DNA of 64,000 nucleotides from a virus (IMGVR_UViG_3300037067_007156:77519-141518), one strand, 5' to 3'; positions 28,994 to 39,994 are shown, counted from the stretch's first letter. Notes: generated by a model from the sequence alone, not told the origin. Numbers and translations: made by a program.

Positions 28994-30856
28994 TTAATTA
29001 TTATTTGTTTTTCTTTCACTAACTCCTTTAAAAATTATATTAACTGGCCCAAGTCCATTTTCCATAGGTGTTTCATTATAATAAATATCATTTCTATCTG
29101 ACCAACCACCTCTTATAATTGGTAATTCATCTTTTTCTATTACAATATCACCCATAGATGAATCCAAACCAAGAACTAATGTTTTATCATATTTTTTTAA
29201 TTGATACAAAACATTATTTTTAGTAAAAGATGCCTTTTCCAATTCTTTAGGTGCTGTATTATAAGTTTTTTGACCATCTTTATGATAATTTTCATTTTTT
29301 TCAGAAATAAAATATATATCGACAGAATCTATACTATTAGAATATTTTAATGTTTTAATAATATCAGCCTTAACAATTCTATCAAACCTTTGGTTATTTA
29401 TAAAATAATTAGATAACTTTTCTATTATTTCCTCTCTGACATTTTCCTCAACTGTATCACTATATCTTCTAACATAAATATTAGTAATATATCTTGTTAT
29501 AGTAGGTTGTACTATTTCTACATCACTTGTCAACATTAGAATACCCATTTTTTTAAGATATGTCATAACTTTATTTTGTTCATTAGTGTCTAAATAAAAC
29601 ACATTCAATGGCGCATTGAAATAATTAACATCACTTGTGAAGAAACGAGTAATATCAGGAACTAAATATAAAAATATTTTATCATCATTAGATATATTAA
29701 GATTTTCAAGATATGCAATTTTGTTTAAAATATCTTCTCTTTTAACACTGTTTACAATATTATCGTTAATATCATTTTTTAAATCTTTTATAATTTTATT
29801 TTTATTAAATTCATCATAATCATTTAATAAATTATAAGCATTAACTTTTGAAAAAATGTTTAAACGTTTAAGATGAAATATAAATTGATTTGGTGTGGCT
29901 AATACAAAATTTCTCGAAACATAAGGTAATATATTCTTAGTAAACAATGTAGTTTCACCATCTGAAGAAAAATTTATTTCTCTGTCTATTATAATATCAA
30001 AGAAATCTTCCACTGAAATAACATCACCAGTGGATGAAGTTACTTCGTCAACAAATTTAAAATCATTCAAAGTTAAATTGGTTATATTCCCATCAATTCC
30101 ATCTGTTAAAAGGAATTTTATTTCTATTCGAGAACCTTGGGCTGGTATAAATCCAAAACCATTTGTACCAAAATATACATCTACACCACCATTTATACCA
30201 GTTTTAACATAACATTCGTATGATGAAGGAAGTAAATCATATAAATTATCTTTCAAAGTGACTTGAATACCATTATAAGTCACATAAACTTCAAAATTAT
30301 CAATTTTTTTAAGATTTGACACTTCAATACTATAAGACTGATGTGGTAACCCATTACCAGTAAAACGTTTAATATCATATTTTCCTTGAATAATATTCAG
30401 ATAAATTTCTTTTGAACTACCAAAATTATAAGAACTAAACTCATCATTCGATAATATAGTATAGTTTAAACTATTTGTATTATTTTTAATTACCGTTTCA
30501 TTGGGTATCACAATACTGGTAGTACCTATATCTTCTAATAAGTTAACCCCTGATTTAATCCTAAGTTTTAAAACACCTGTGGCAGAAACAGCCCGACTTG
30601 CATTGTGTCCACTTATTCTGGCTATACTTCTAATTGCTTTCTCATTAAAAGTATTCTCTATATCTATTTGATTGATGGAATTTTTTAAATGTAACATTGT
30701 ATGTTGAAACAATTCTTCCTGTACACTAACAATTTGTCCATGAGGTGATGCGTTTGTGAAATTCAAATCACTCTTATTATATACGCCACGTAACCAGTTT
30801 CTAATCTGGTCGGAAAGCTTCTGATATTCTAATTCTATAAAATTGAAAAAAGCCAT
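28994..30856 (-). CDS. gp6: Baseplate wedge subunit (T4 gp6-like)
   Basis: Size 620 aa; A.RSIARISGH, IIQG..D...FTG, V.FG..GFG..P..G..I.I.FL.TDG.DGN, APRNFV-like FVLAT motif. Confidence 0.75.
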   Translation of the reverse strand: MAFFNFIELEYQKLSDQIRNWLRGVYNKSDLNFTNASPHGQIVSVQEELFQHTMLHLKNSINQIDIENTFNEKAIRSIARISGHNASRAVSATGVLKLRIKSGVNLLEDIGTTSIVIPNETVIKNNTNSLNYTILSNDEFSSYNFGSSKEIYLNIIQGKYDIKRFTGNGLPHQSYSIEVSNLKKIDNFEVYVTYNGIQVTLKDNLYDLLPSSYECYVKTGINGGVDVYFGTNGFGFIPAQGSRIEIKFLLTDGIDGNITNLTLNDFKFVDEVTSSTGDVISVEDFFDIIIDREINFSSDGETTLFTKNILPYVSRNFVLATPNQFIFHLKRLNIFSKVNAYNLLNDYDEFNKNKIIKDLKNDINDNIVNSVKREDILNKIAYLENLNISNDDKIFLYLVPDITRFFTSDVNYFNAPLNVFYLDTNEQNKVMTYLKKMGILMLTSDVEIVQPTITRYITNIYVRRYSDTVEENVREEIIEKLSNYFINNQRFDRIVKADIIKTLKYSNSIDSVDIYFISEKNENYHKDGQKTYNTAPKELEKASFTKNNVLYQLKKYDKTLVLGLDSSMGDIVIEKDELPIIRGGWSDRNDIYYNETPMENGLGPVNIIFKGVSERKTNNN

Positions 30857-30863
30857 TAATTAA

Positions 30864-31523
30864 TTAATTATTTTTTATATTTTCTTTAATATAAATTCCG
30901 ATTTCGTTCACGAAACCATCCAAACTTTGAATAGTTGAGTCTTTAACTATATCATTACATTTAAATTTCAAACTATATTCTGATTTACCTTCTTTTATCA
31001 ACACAATTTCAATATTTTCTTTGTTATCTAAATTCAAAACAAAATTAAAAAACAAATTTTCACATGGCATTACTTTTATTTTTGGTTCATATTTAAAGCT
31101 ATATACACTAAATTCCCCCATATCATTTTCTTTAAACCATTTATCGATAATCGTACCTGGGTGTGTCATCAAATCAGATAATATTTTTATATCATTTCCA
31201 AAAAGTCTTGATAAAAATACTTTGGATATTTTTTCTTTTAAATCATCCAAATCATTAAAATTAACCCTTCTATAATCACAATTAATATCATACAAATAAG
31301 TAAAATGATTTTTCAATACTTTTGTTTTTTGGTCATCAACAAGAAATAATAATTTAGCATAAATAATATTTGTTTTATTATAAAATAAATTATGAATAAA
31401 AACAACCATTTTCAACCCTTTACCATCTTCTGTTTTTTCATAAACAGTTTCGACAGATGATACTTTAGATTCATCAAACAAACGATTTATAATATTTTCT
31501 AAATTATCTAATGATATATCCAT
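30864..31523 (-). CDS. Hypothetical protein in the structural operon
   Basis: 219-aa ORF between structural genes. Confidence 0.6.
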   Translation of the reverse strand: MDISLDNLENIINRLFDESKVSSVETVYEKTEDGKGLKMVVFIHNLFYNKTNIIYAKLLFLVDDQKTKVLKNHFTYLYDINCDYRRVNFNDLDDLKEKISKVFLSRLFGNDIKILSDLMTHPGTIIDKWFKENDMGEFSVYSFKYEPKIKVMPCENLFFNFVLNLDNKENIEIVLIKEGKSEYSLKFKCNDIVKDSTIQSLDGFVNEIGIYIKENIKNN

Positions 31524-31524
31524 T

Positions 31525-34140
31525 CTAAATTATTTCTTTTTCAATTAAATACCTATCAGTTATAGATGATGTATCAATACCTGTCACAGAATCAGCTTCA
31601 GTTATTCTTAATATTGATATTTTAAAACCCTTATATAAACTAATTCTTGGGACACCAACTAATTCTAAACCATTAATATTTAAATCTATAAATATATATG
31701 GTTGTTTAGAATCAGTAATTTGATATAAACCACTATAATCAATAGTAGTTGAACCACTAATAAAGAAAAAATTACTAATATAAACATACTCACCGATTTC
31801 AAAAAAGTTACTTGATGCTGTATATAAAATTGTCTGGTCATATGTAGTACCAGTTGGTAAAACTAATTCTGCATATTGATGTACTGATGAAGTAGAATAA
31901 TATGACCTGTTATATGTCACTGCTGATGTGGATTGGTCGTAAGTTTCTAAATCTATCGGCATATCAATATCAGTTATTAAATCAGTTTCAATAACACCAT
32001 CAACACCATTATCATAATTCATTGCAATATTAAGTTTCTTACTATATAATGCTTTCTTTGGTGTAATGAAAATTTCAAACATCTGTTTATATTTTAAATC
32101 ATTATTTAACACAATTTTCAAAGGAAAATCAACACCATTTAAATCATCATTTATTATATATAATAGTTTTTTATTATGGGTTGGAACAATAATATTATAA
32201 CTATATGATGTTGTTGCACTATTAGTTACATTATAAAGATACACGGTTGATGTTGTTACCGTTTCGATATCTTTAAATTCTAAGTCAACAACATTAATAC
32301 TTACAGCCGGATAAATACCTGTATAATCTACTTCTATTTCAGCTGTTTCTGAATTTACAAGTTGATTTGTTTGATACATTTGTAATAATTCATCCATGTT
32401 AGATAAACGATTTTTAATATAATCCAAATCTGTTTGAGAATAAACCAAGCTTCGTATTTCATTTAATTCAGTATTTATCCTGACAAATCCATTTGATATA
32501 TTAATAAAATTTTCTTGTAATTTTCCAAGAGTACTTAAAACATTATTGTATAATTCGAAACCAAATAAATTATGTATTGCAGACGGGTCAAAATTCGGTG
32601 ATACCATGTCATTATCAACTTCGAATGTAAGATTCAAATCAAAACTATATGATAAGCCATCTTGTTGGCCGTTAGATACATATTTTGAATATGGTGTAAT
32701 TAAAGTATTATCTACGTCACTGTCGTCATCATCATTTTCTGGATTATTTAAAAAAGATATTCCATAAAGATTTGAAGTAATATTACCAGACCCGTCATCA
32801 ATTGTATAATACCACAATATAGCATTAAAATTAAAATCTTCTGGTGCTTCACCATTCAATGGCATAGCATTAAATTCATCAAAATTCTTCGAAATGTAAT
32901 CTGGAAGATTCATTTTCAAATAATGGTTAGTTGTAAAATCAAGAACTAAACCATCTATATCAGTAGAATCAAAATCATCCAATTTTTCAAAATAATCTTC
33001 AGCATCCAATCCAACATTATTTGTTAATTTAACACCATAATAATCGCCAGATAATCTTAAATTATCACCATTACTTGTAACATAAGTTTTATCAGTTGTA
33101 TCAAATTGCCCGTAAAACGACCCTGGGTAATTACCCGGATTCGTTCTAATAGGTGAGTTCAAATTTTCTGCCCCTAATATTTCATTCTGTATATCACTCG
33201 ATAAAATAGGATATTCCATAGTTGGTCGGTAATTGTTATCATTATCTATTTCAAATAAAACAGTTGGTGTTTGACCAGCCTGATGAGGTATGAATGCAGT
33301 TATTTCAGTGAAATTACTTTTTGAATTCTGAACTTTTGACATCGCATTTATTTCACCTATATACCGAATAACTTTTTGATAATTTAAAGATATTACTAAA
33401 TTTGATGGTGTATAACTTGTTGTAATAGTAGGTTCTTCCATTATTATAGTTGTACTTCCAGTACCAACTATTAAAGAAACTATTTCGTATGTTGTACCAG
33501 TAGACACCTGTCCACCCGTATCACCAGAAAAAGTTACCATATCCCCTGTTCTAAATTTACATTGTTCAGTTATTACAATTTGAAACTGTTCAGAACCAAT
33601 ATATTCTATAAATGGCACAGTATAAGTTATAACTTCTCTTTCTTTCCATAAATATTTTCTGAAATAATCACTATTTGATACCGTGTCTTCATTTGGGTTT
33701 TTATAGTCTGTTAAATTTTTATCCCAGTCTGACTTATGCACAGCTGGTTCTAAATCAAGAACACCAAGTTTTCTTAACCATTTCCAAAATATTTTTTCAA
33801 CAACAGTTCTTGGTTCACCTACATTATAGAAATCTGTGTTAGAATTTATCTTTGTTTGTCTAATATTAACATCATGATTGGCTACATAGTTTCTTAAAGA
33901 TTCTATTAATTGGTCAGAATATTTCGACGGTGTATTGGGGTCAACAGTATAAAAAGAATCTCTGAAATCTAAAACATTATTAATTAAATCTTGTTTTGGT
34001 AAATTTAATAATACGAATTTTGAAAAATCTATTTTATAATCTGTGTTTTGAAATGATATTGTTATATCTTCCGAAGCTGAAGGAAATGCATAAAAACTAA
34101 TACCCTTACTTTTCATACTTTTATATAATGGTGTAGCCAT
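31525..34140 (-). CDS. Large putative virion structural protein
   Basis: 871 aa, D/N/T-rich, upstream of gp6-like gene, late-type promoter. Confidence 0.6.
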   Translation of the reverse strand: MATPLYKSMKSKGISFYAFPSASEDITISFQNTDYKIDFSKFVLLNLPKQDLINNVLDFRDSFYTVDPNTPSKYSDQLIESLRNYVANHDVNIRQTKINSNTDFYNVGEPRTVVEKIFWKWLRKLGVLDLEPAVHKSDWDKNLTDYKNPNEDTVSNSDYFRKYLWKEREVITYTVPFIEYIGSEQFQIVITEQCKFRTGDMVTFSGDTGGQVSTGTTYEIVSLIVGTGSTTIIMEEPTITTSYTPSNLVISLNYQKVIRYIGEINAMSKVQNSKSNFTEITAFIPHQAGQTPTVLFEIDNDNNYRPTMEYPILSSDIQNEILGAENLNSPIRTNPGNYPGSFYGQFDTTDKTYVTSNGDNLRLSGDYYGVKLTNNVGLDAEDYFEKLDDFDSTDIDGLVLDFTTNHYLKMNLPDYISKNFDEFNAMPLNGEAPEDFNFNAILWYYTIDDGSGNITSNLYGISFLNNPENDDDDSDVDNTLITPYSKYVSNGQQDGLSYSFDLNLTFEVDNDMVSPNFDPSAIHNLFGFELYNNVLSTLGKLQENFINISNGFVRINTELNEIRSLVYSQTDLDYIKNRLSNMDELLQMYQTNQLVNSETAEIEVDYTGIYPAVSINVVDLEFKDIETVTTSTVYLYNVTNSATTSYSYNIIVPTHNKKLLYIINDDLNGVDFPLKIVLNNDLKYKQMFEIFITPKKALYSKKLNIAMNYDNGVDGVIETDLITDIDMPIDLETYDQSTSAVTYNRSYYSTSSVHQYAELVLPTGTTYDQTILYTASSNFFEIGEYVYISNFFFISGSTTIDYSGLYQITDSKQPYIFIDLNINGLELVGVPRISLYKGFKISILRITEADSVTGIDTSSITDRYLIEKEII

Positions 34141-34189
34141 AATAATTTAATTAAGTTTTGTTTTATATATAAAAAAATAAAAGATACAT

Positions 34190-35179
34190 TTAAGATATCC
34201 GATATTGTTTCTTCATTATCATCAAAATATCACATAATTTATACACAGATGTGTATATATCTTTAATATTTTTACTTTGATTAATCCTGAAAACATCACA
34301 CCCATATTCAGTTTCTAAAACTAATTGTCTTTTAATATCTTTTTCTATTTGTTTTTTATTTTTATGATAATTTTCATCCCATTCAATAATTACATTTAAA
34401 GTTTCTATATAACCATCAACAGAATATCTTTTAAATCTTTTTTCATGTTCTGTTTTTAAAGCGTGTTGTATATTTAAACCAGTCATTCTTTCAATTAATC
34501 CGAAAAAATAAATAGATGATTTATTAAATCTGGGATTTATATGTAAAAACAATGTACCATATCTTTCTATACATGTGTTTTTCTGTTTTTCTTTAAATTC
34601 TTCACACATCATAGGGTTAATGACACCATATTTATCTATACAAGTAATTCTTCGTTTTTCTCTAAAAATTTCACATTTTGATGGATGTGTTACATCATAT
34701 TTTTTTAATAATGTTTCTTTAATTTTATTTTTTATATTTTCATTTTGAAAAACATTAATATATCCAAACTTTTCTAAATTGGTTTTATTTCTTTTTTCAA
34801 TAATATCTATATTTTTTAAACTATTATCAACACCATATCTTTCTAAACAAGTTTTTTTACATTTTTCTTTATTGTTATAATTTTTATCACCATATTTTAA
34901 CAAACAGGTTTTTTCACATTTAACTTTTGAACATGCACCACCACAAGTATAAAAACCATGTTTTTTAATATTTTTATTATAATATTGAAGTTCTAATTCT
35001 CTTTCTTTTCCACACACATCACATTTAACTTTTATTTTATAAGTGGAAGTTTGTGGTAAATCACTAACATCGACAATAAAATATTCACCAAAGTTTGTAA
35101 ATTCATAACCTTTATTCACATAAAACTCCTTGGTTTTATGAACCCATTGTATTTCAATATTTTTTGATAAAATAGACAA
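34190..35179 (-). CDS. Putative homing endonuclease (KTCLEKYG repeats plus PD-(D/E)xK domain)
   Basis: KCDVCG; repeated K.K.TCL.KYG..N; C-terminal YSVDGY...IIEWDE..H. Confidence 0.7.
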   Translation of the reverse strand: MSILSKNIEIQWVHKTKEFYVNKGYEFTNFGEYFIVDVSDLPQTSTYKIKVKCDVCGKERELELQYYNKNIKKHGFYTCGGACSKVKCEKTCLLKYGDKNYNNKEKCKKTCLERYGVDNSLKNIDIIEKRNKTNLEKFGYINVFQNENIKNKIKETLLKKYDVTHPSKCEIFREKRRITCIDKYGVINPMMCEEFKEKQKNTCIERYGTLFLHINPRFNKSSIYFFGLIERMTGLNIQHALKTEHEKRFKRYSVDGYIETLNVIIEWDENYHKNKKQIEKDIKRQLVLETEYGCDVFRINQSKNIKDIYTSVYKLCDILMIMKKQYRIS

Positions 35180-35206
35180 TTTAAAATATTAGAATTTTTA
35201 TAAACA

Positions 35207-35242
35207 AAAAAGGTGTATCCAGATTAACCGAATACACCTTTT
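35207..35242 (-). terminator. Terminator hairpin overlapping a late promoter motif
   Basis: AAAAGGTGTAT-13 nt-ATACACCTTTT; TTAATATATA motif at 35242-35251. Confidence 0.65.
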
Positions 35243-35263
35243 ATATATTAAAATGTTTTTTAC

Positions 35264-35704
35264 TTATTTGAAAAATATCTCATCCAATTTTCGTTTTCTT
35301 ATAGATATTTTTTTGACTTGTTGTAAAGTTGCTAATAGCAATTTTCTTTCTTCTGATAATATTTTTGACTTAAATACTGATTTTTCATCACATTCCACGT
35401 ACAACTTGTTCCTTTGACGATATTTCAATCGTGAAAATTCTTTGATATAAACATCAGGTATTCCTGATTTACTCGCACAACCCATAATATATCTTGAAAT
35501 AAAACCTCTTTTTTGTTGTAAATTCAGTTTTTGAAAAGTTTTCAATTTTTTATCTGGTAGTGGATAGTAAGCTAATAACTCCCCCCTAAAAGTTTTTTAA
35601 AAAAATAACAATTTTTTAATTAATAAAATATTATTTCGAATAGCATTATTTTTTTCTAATTCATTACTATTATCCTGAATAACCATTATCTTAAATTCGT
35701 CCAT
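35264..35704 (-). pseudogene. Paralog of 35711-36226 interrupted by a single in-frame TAA
   Basis: ATG 35704 MDEFKIM...LLFF-TAA(35597-35599)-KTFRGELLAYYPLPDKK continues in frame into the tracked ORF 35264-35545. Confidence 0.6.
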
Positions 35705-35710
35705 TATATT

Positions 35711-36226
35711 TTATTTATCTATTTCAAAGATTTCTTCTATTTTTCTTTTTCTTTCATTTTCATTAGACATAATATAATAAATTAAATCGGCCATCAATTT
35801 AATTTTATTTTCAAATATTTCTTTTAACTTATTCTTTTCTAACAGGATTTCGATGTCTTCCTTCATATCATTTAATGTACTTTTCTTTATTTTATCTAAC
35901 AAAAAATCATTGTCATCAAGGTTTTTATTATTGTAAACTTTTTGAATAAAATCATAACTTTTTTTTGTAGATATTAAATCATCAATCAAAGATTCAGGAA
36001 CTCGTGCCTGATAAGCACATTTTAACATATAATGAAATAAAAAACCAGCTTTTTGATTATATTTCAATTTATTATATTGAATTTTCTTTTTATCTGAAAA
36101 CGGAAAATAAATCATCAAAAATGAATAATATATAATAACACCCCTTGGTAATCTAACCGGACTTAAAAATTTTTTATTAATCGATGATTGATAATAAGCA
36201 TCTAAATTAGAAATACCGTTTGACAT
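35711..36226 (-). CDS. Hypothetical protein with C-terminal RKRKIEEIF tag
   Basis: YFPFSDKK...QKAGFL..YM..CA...VP aligns with the downstream paralog. Confidence 0.65.
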   Translation of the reverse strand: MSNGISNLDAYYQSSINKKFLSPVRLPRGVIIYYSFLMIYFPFSDKKKIQYNKLKYNQKAGFLFHYMLKCAYQARVPESLIDDLISTKKSYDFIQKVYNNKNLDDNDFLLDKIKKSTLNDMKEDIEILLEKNKLKEIFENKIKLMADLIYYIMSNENERKRKIEEIFEIDK

Positions 36227-36411
36227 GATAATTTATTTTAATTAAAAAAGTGGGTTTAAACATCCGAGTATGCACCTCATAAAATCTATATATCATATTA
36301 ATGGTAGTTTTAGATGTTACCGCATCATAAAATTTAAATTTATTTGCTGATTAGACATTTAAACCTCACTTTAACTATATCACAAAAATAATATATTTAT
36401 TGAAATAAACA

Positions 36412-36696
36412 TCAATCAACATTATTATTTTTTCTGAAATAACTCGATTTATTTGAGGCAACAAAACATATAACACTTTTTCCATCTTGGTCACCATCTT
36501 TTTCATTGAGTATATGAACCAATGAATTATTTTTAATAACAAGTGGTATACCAGTTTCAGAATATTCTGCTACTCCATGTTTTTTGGATTCTTCATCAGA
36601 TAAATACTTACCTTTAGTTTTCCCACAACGACAAGTTTTAAGTGTATAATCCAGATTAAATACATCATTACACTCTGAACACATAAGTAATTTCAT
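36412..36696 (-). CDS. Small zinc-binding protein
   Basis: CSEC...CRCG. Confidence 0.6.
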   Translation of the reverse strand: MKLLMCSECNDVFNLDYTLKTCRCGKTKGKYLSDEESKKHGVAEYSETGIPLVIKNNSLVHILNEKDGDQDGKSVICFVASNKSSYFRKNNNVD

Positions 36697-36705
36697 ATAA
36701 TATTT

Positions 36706-37071
36706 TTATTTTAATAATTTAAAAAAATCTTCAATTTTCAATGTCACATATGTTTTGCTTCTATTTCTTCGGAAAATTAAAAGTGGAGTTGTATCAGGAT
36801 GACAATTTTTCTCAGTTTGTTCAATCCACGACCAAATTTTAGTAGTTTCTTGGTTTTTAGCTTCTATCGAATATGGAAATAATTTTTTAGCTGCTGTTGA
36901 GAGTTGTATATCAACACCAGATTCACTACCCACGTTTGATTTAACGTCATCGGAAGTTAATTCTGGAAAATATTCTAATATTATTTCAACGATTTCATTT
37001 TGTAACCGTTTACCTTTATTCTTACAACTTCGGCTTTTTATTGACATGTTTATATGTTTATGTGTTTCCAA
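36706..37071 (-). CDS. Hjc-type Holliday junction resolvase-like nuclease
   Basis: K.KG.RLQNEI, GVDIQL, SIEAKNQE (PD-(D/E)xK). Confidence 0.75.
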   Translation of the reverse strand: METHKHINMSIKSRSCKNKGKRLQNEIVEIILEYFPELTSDDVKSNVGSESGVDIQLSTAAKKLFPYSIEAKNQETTKIWSWIEQTEKNCHPDTTPLLIFRRNRSKTYVTLKIEDFFKLLK

Positions 37072-37553
37072 TTTTTTCTATTTATTATACACCCTACTAA
37101 TGATTTACTAACATTATACATTTGTGCGATTTCTTTTTGAGTTTTTAAACCTTTTAATTTTATTATTTCTTTAACTTCACATTCACTTAATTTAGCTCTT
37201 CCATTGAATTCACCGTTATGGTTTAACACACCGTTATCAATAGCATGATTATTATTTTCAAGATGTGTAGTCCATTCTAAATTATTCACATTATTATTTT
37301 TTTTATTTAAATCAATATGATTTACTGTTTTTTTCTTAAAAGGGTTTGGTATAAAAACCTCTGCGACTAACCTGTGTATCTTATAATTTTTTGATAATAA
37401 ACCATTTCTTAAATGAATTATTAAATATCCATCTTTATCGACACTTTTTTTTAATATAATATTTTTTCTTAAACTTTTTACATTTCCGAAATTACTAACC
37501 TCATACAAATCTTCCCAACCTTTCATAGATAACCAAATTTCATTTAATTCCAT
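37050..37553 (-). CDS. NUMOD4-HNH homing endonuclease
   Basis: W..MKGWEDLYEVSNFGNVKS; HRLVAEVFIPNP..K.TVNHID..K.NN...NLEW.T..EN..HA. Confidence 0.88.
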   Translation of the reverse strand: MELNEIWLSMKGWEDLYEVSNFGNVKSLRKNIILKKSVDKDGYLIIHLRNGLLSKNYKIHRLVAEVFIPNPFKKKTVNHIDLNKKNNNVNNLEWTTHLENNNHAIDNGVLNHNGEFNGRAKLSECEVKEIIKLKGLKTQKEIAQMYNVSKSLVGCIINRKNWKHINI

Positions 37554-37566
37554 ATAATATTTTTAT

Positions 37567-38205
37567 TTAAAAATCTCCATTGTAATAATGACAAACAAGA
37601 TATGACGGGGTTTTAGTTAATTTTTTAAATTGTAAACCTTTTCCAACACACTGAAGTAAAAAGAACCAATCATGTCCATAGCCATTACACCATTTTGGTT
37701 TCGTTACCATCCAGTTATATTTTTCATTATAAAAATTCCTATGTGCTATTGAACTCGTCCCGATTGACCCCCATCTTGGTTCTACTTCCCTTGTGAATAA
37801 CTGTTTAAAATCTGGACTTAAAACCATATAATCATTATAATAAACCATGTCAACATCATCTGTAAATTGATTTACAATAGTTTCAATATGAGATTTCGCT
37901 ATAATATCGTCAGAATCTAGGTAGACAATAATATCACCAGTTGCAACTTGCAACCCTTCTTGTCTAAGTCCACCATATGTGGGGTATTTGTTAGCTCTTA
38001 TAAGTTTTATATTTTCATCCTTTGAAAAATATTGGTCATATAAAACATTAGTAATCTGACAACCATCACTAATAATGATTAGCTCACAATCTGTATATGT
38101 TTGTTTTTTAAAAGAATTGACAGCTCGTAAAAATTTTTTATCAGAATTTTTTGCACAACCTTGGTAAAATTGTAAATAAGAAGCCATTATCACTGATACT
38201 TTCAT
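37567..38205 (-). CDS. Glycosyltransferase family 2
   Basis: KVSVIM, LIIISDG, IVYLDSDD (DxD). Confidence 0.85.
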   Translation of the reverse strand: MKVSVIMASYLQFYQGCAKNSDKKFLRAVNSFKKQTYTDCELIIISDGCQITNVLYDQYFSKDENIKLIRANKYPTYGGLRQEGLQVATGDIIVYLDSDDIIAKSHIETIVNQFTDDVDMVYYNDYMVLSPDFKQLFTREVEPRWGSIGTSSIAHRNFYNEKYNWMVTKPKWCNGYGHDWFFLLQCVGKGLQFKKLTKTPSYLVCHYYNGDF

Positions 38206-38304
38206 GTTTAATTCATTATTTTTTACTTGTATTAATAAATACGATTTTTTTCGAATAAAATTTCATTTTTTATATATAATAAAAAATGGGTTCTATTTAA
38301 AATT

Positions 38305-39657
38305 ATGTGTAAAAAATTAACACAACGTGAAGCAAATAAAAGAGTTTTAATTAAATGTAAAGAAAAAAATTATACTTTATTAGAACCTTTTATTTATAAA
38401 AATAATAAAACTGAAATACATTTAAAATGTAATAAGGATGGTTATGATTGGACATCATCTTTTAGTAATTTTGTAAGTCAAAATAAAGGTTGTTCTAACT
38501 GTTATGGAAATGTACCTCCAACTCAAGAAGAAGCAGAAGAAAATGTTTTATCCAAATGTAAAGAAAAAAATTATACACTGTTAGAACCTTTTATTTATAA
38601 AAATAATAAAACTGAAATACATTTAAAATGTAATAAGGATGATTATGAATGGTTTGTTAGTTATACCTGTTTTATAAATAGAAAAGGTGGTTGTTCTAAA
38701 TGTGCTGGTGTTTCATCACCAACTCAAGAAGAAGCTCTTGAAAACGTTTTATCCAAATGCAAAGAAAAAGATTATACTTTATTAGAAGAATTTGTCTACA
38801 AAAATCATAAAACTGAAATATATTTAAAATGTAATAAGGATGATTATGATTGGACAGTAACATATGAATGTTTCATGAGAAATAATAATGGTTGTCCAAA
38901 ATGTTCAGGTCATTACCGACCAACACAAGAAGAAGCCGAAGAAATTGTTAACAAACGTTGTATAAAAGATAATTATACATTATTAGAATGTTTTATTTAT
39001 TCTGGCTGTGATACAAAATTGAGTATACGATGCAATAAAGATGATTATACTTGGAATGTATCGTACAACAAATTTGCAAATTTTTACAGTAGTTGTCCAA
39101 AATGTTCAGGTAAAGCTTCACCATCACAACATGAAGCAGAAGAAAATGTTTTATCCAAATGCAAAGAAAAAAATTATACATTGTTGGAATCATTTATTTA
39201 TAAAAATAAAAAAACAAAAATATATTTAAAATGTAATAAAGATGTAAACACGTTTTATGTTTCATATGAAAACTTAATGAATATTCATAATAATTGTTCA
39301 GTTTGTGTTAAGGTTAATAGAAGACAAACTAATGAGGAAAAGAAAAATTGGAATTTAAAAAATTCAATTCCCGCATTTAAAAAATATAAACACCAAGTTA
39401 ACAAATTCACAAATAGGAATAAAGAAGAATTATTTCTAAATTGGAACGGTTTAGATTATTATGATGGTGAATATATCAACAACAACTTAAAATTACACAA
39501 TAGTAATCCAAGCTATCCAACAATCGACCATAAAATATCAATATTTTATGGTTTTCAAAATAATATATCACCGGAAGAAATGGGGAAAATTGATAATTTA
39601 GTCATAACTAAAAGATGCATAAATTCAAAAAAAGGTAGTAAATTATTTTATATATAA
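38305..39657 (+). CDS. Putative endonuclease with five tandem zinc-ribbon repeats and an HNH-like C-terminus
   Basis: Five roughly 66-aa units (EA..NVLSKCKEKNYTLL..F.YKN.KT.I.LKCNKD...GC.KC); C-terminal PTIDHKIS...N...KG. Confidence 0.65.
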   Translation: MCKKLTQREANKRVLIKCKEKNYTLLEPFIYKNNKTEIHLKCNKDGYDWTSSFSNFVSQNKGCSNCYGNVPPTQEEAEENVLSKCKEKNYTLLEPFIYKNNKTEIHLKCNKDDYEWFVSYTCFINRKGGCSKCAGVSSPTQEEALENVLSKCKEKDYTLLEEFVYKNHKTEIYLKCNKDDYDWTVTYECFMRNNNGCPKCSGHYRPTQEEAEEIVNKRCIKDNYTLLECFIYSGCDTKLSIRCNKDDYTWNVSYNKFANFYSSCPKCSGKASPSQHEAEENVLSKCKEKNYTLLESFIYKNKKTKIYLKCNKDVNTFYVSYENLMNIHNNCSVCVKVNRRQTNEEKKNWNLKNSIPAFKKYKHQVNKFTNRNKEELFLNWNGLDYYDGEYINNNLKLHNSNPSYPTIDHKISIFYGFQNNISPEEMGKIDNLVITKRCINSKKGSKLFYI

Positions 39658-39679
39658 TAAAAAAAATAGATTCTATATT

Positions 39680-39994
39680 ATGAAATACATCAAATTATTT
39701 GAAAATTATTGCAAAACAAAAACTTATGAATATAAAATGAATGATAATATATATAAAATAGTAATTTATGATAACAATAAAAAAGATGAAAATCCTATGC
39801 ATGGCGTTTTATCATCCACTACAAAGTCGAGTAATAAAAATGAATATAATTTCAAAGATGATTTTGTAAAATCTGATGAATATTTAAATATCAAAAAACA
39901 AAACCCTGAAGCGGATTTATTCGTAAAAATATCAAAACTTGATGGTTCATCGTTAACATCAGTAAAATTAAAAGATTTAATTAATGGTAGATAG
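39680..39994 (+). CDS. Hypothetical protein with CTS-like leader
   Basis: MKYIKLFENY. Confidence 0.65.
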   Translation: MKYIKLFENYCKTKTYEYKMNDNIYKIVIYDNNKKDENPMHGVLSSTTKSSNKNEYNFKDDFVKSDEYLNIKKQNPEADLFVKISKLDGSSLTSVKLKDLINGR

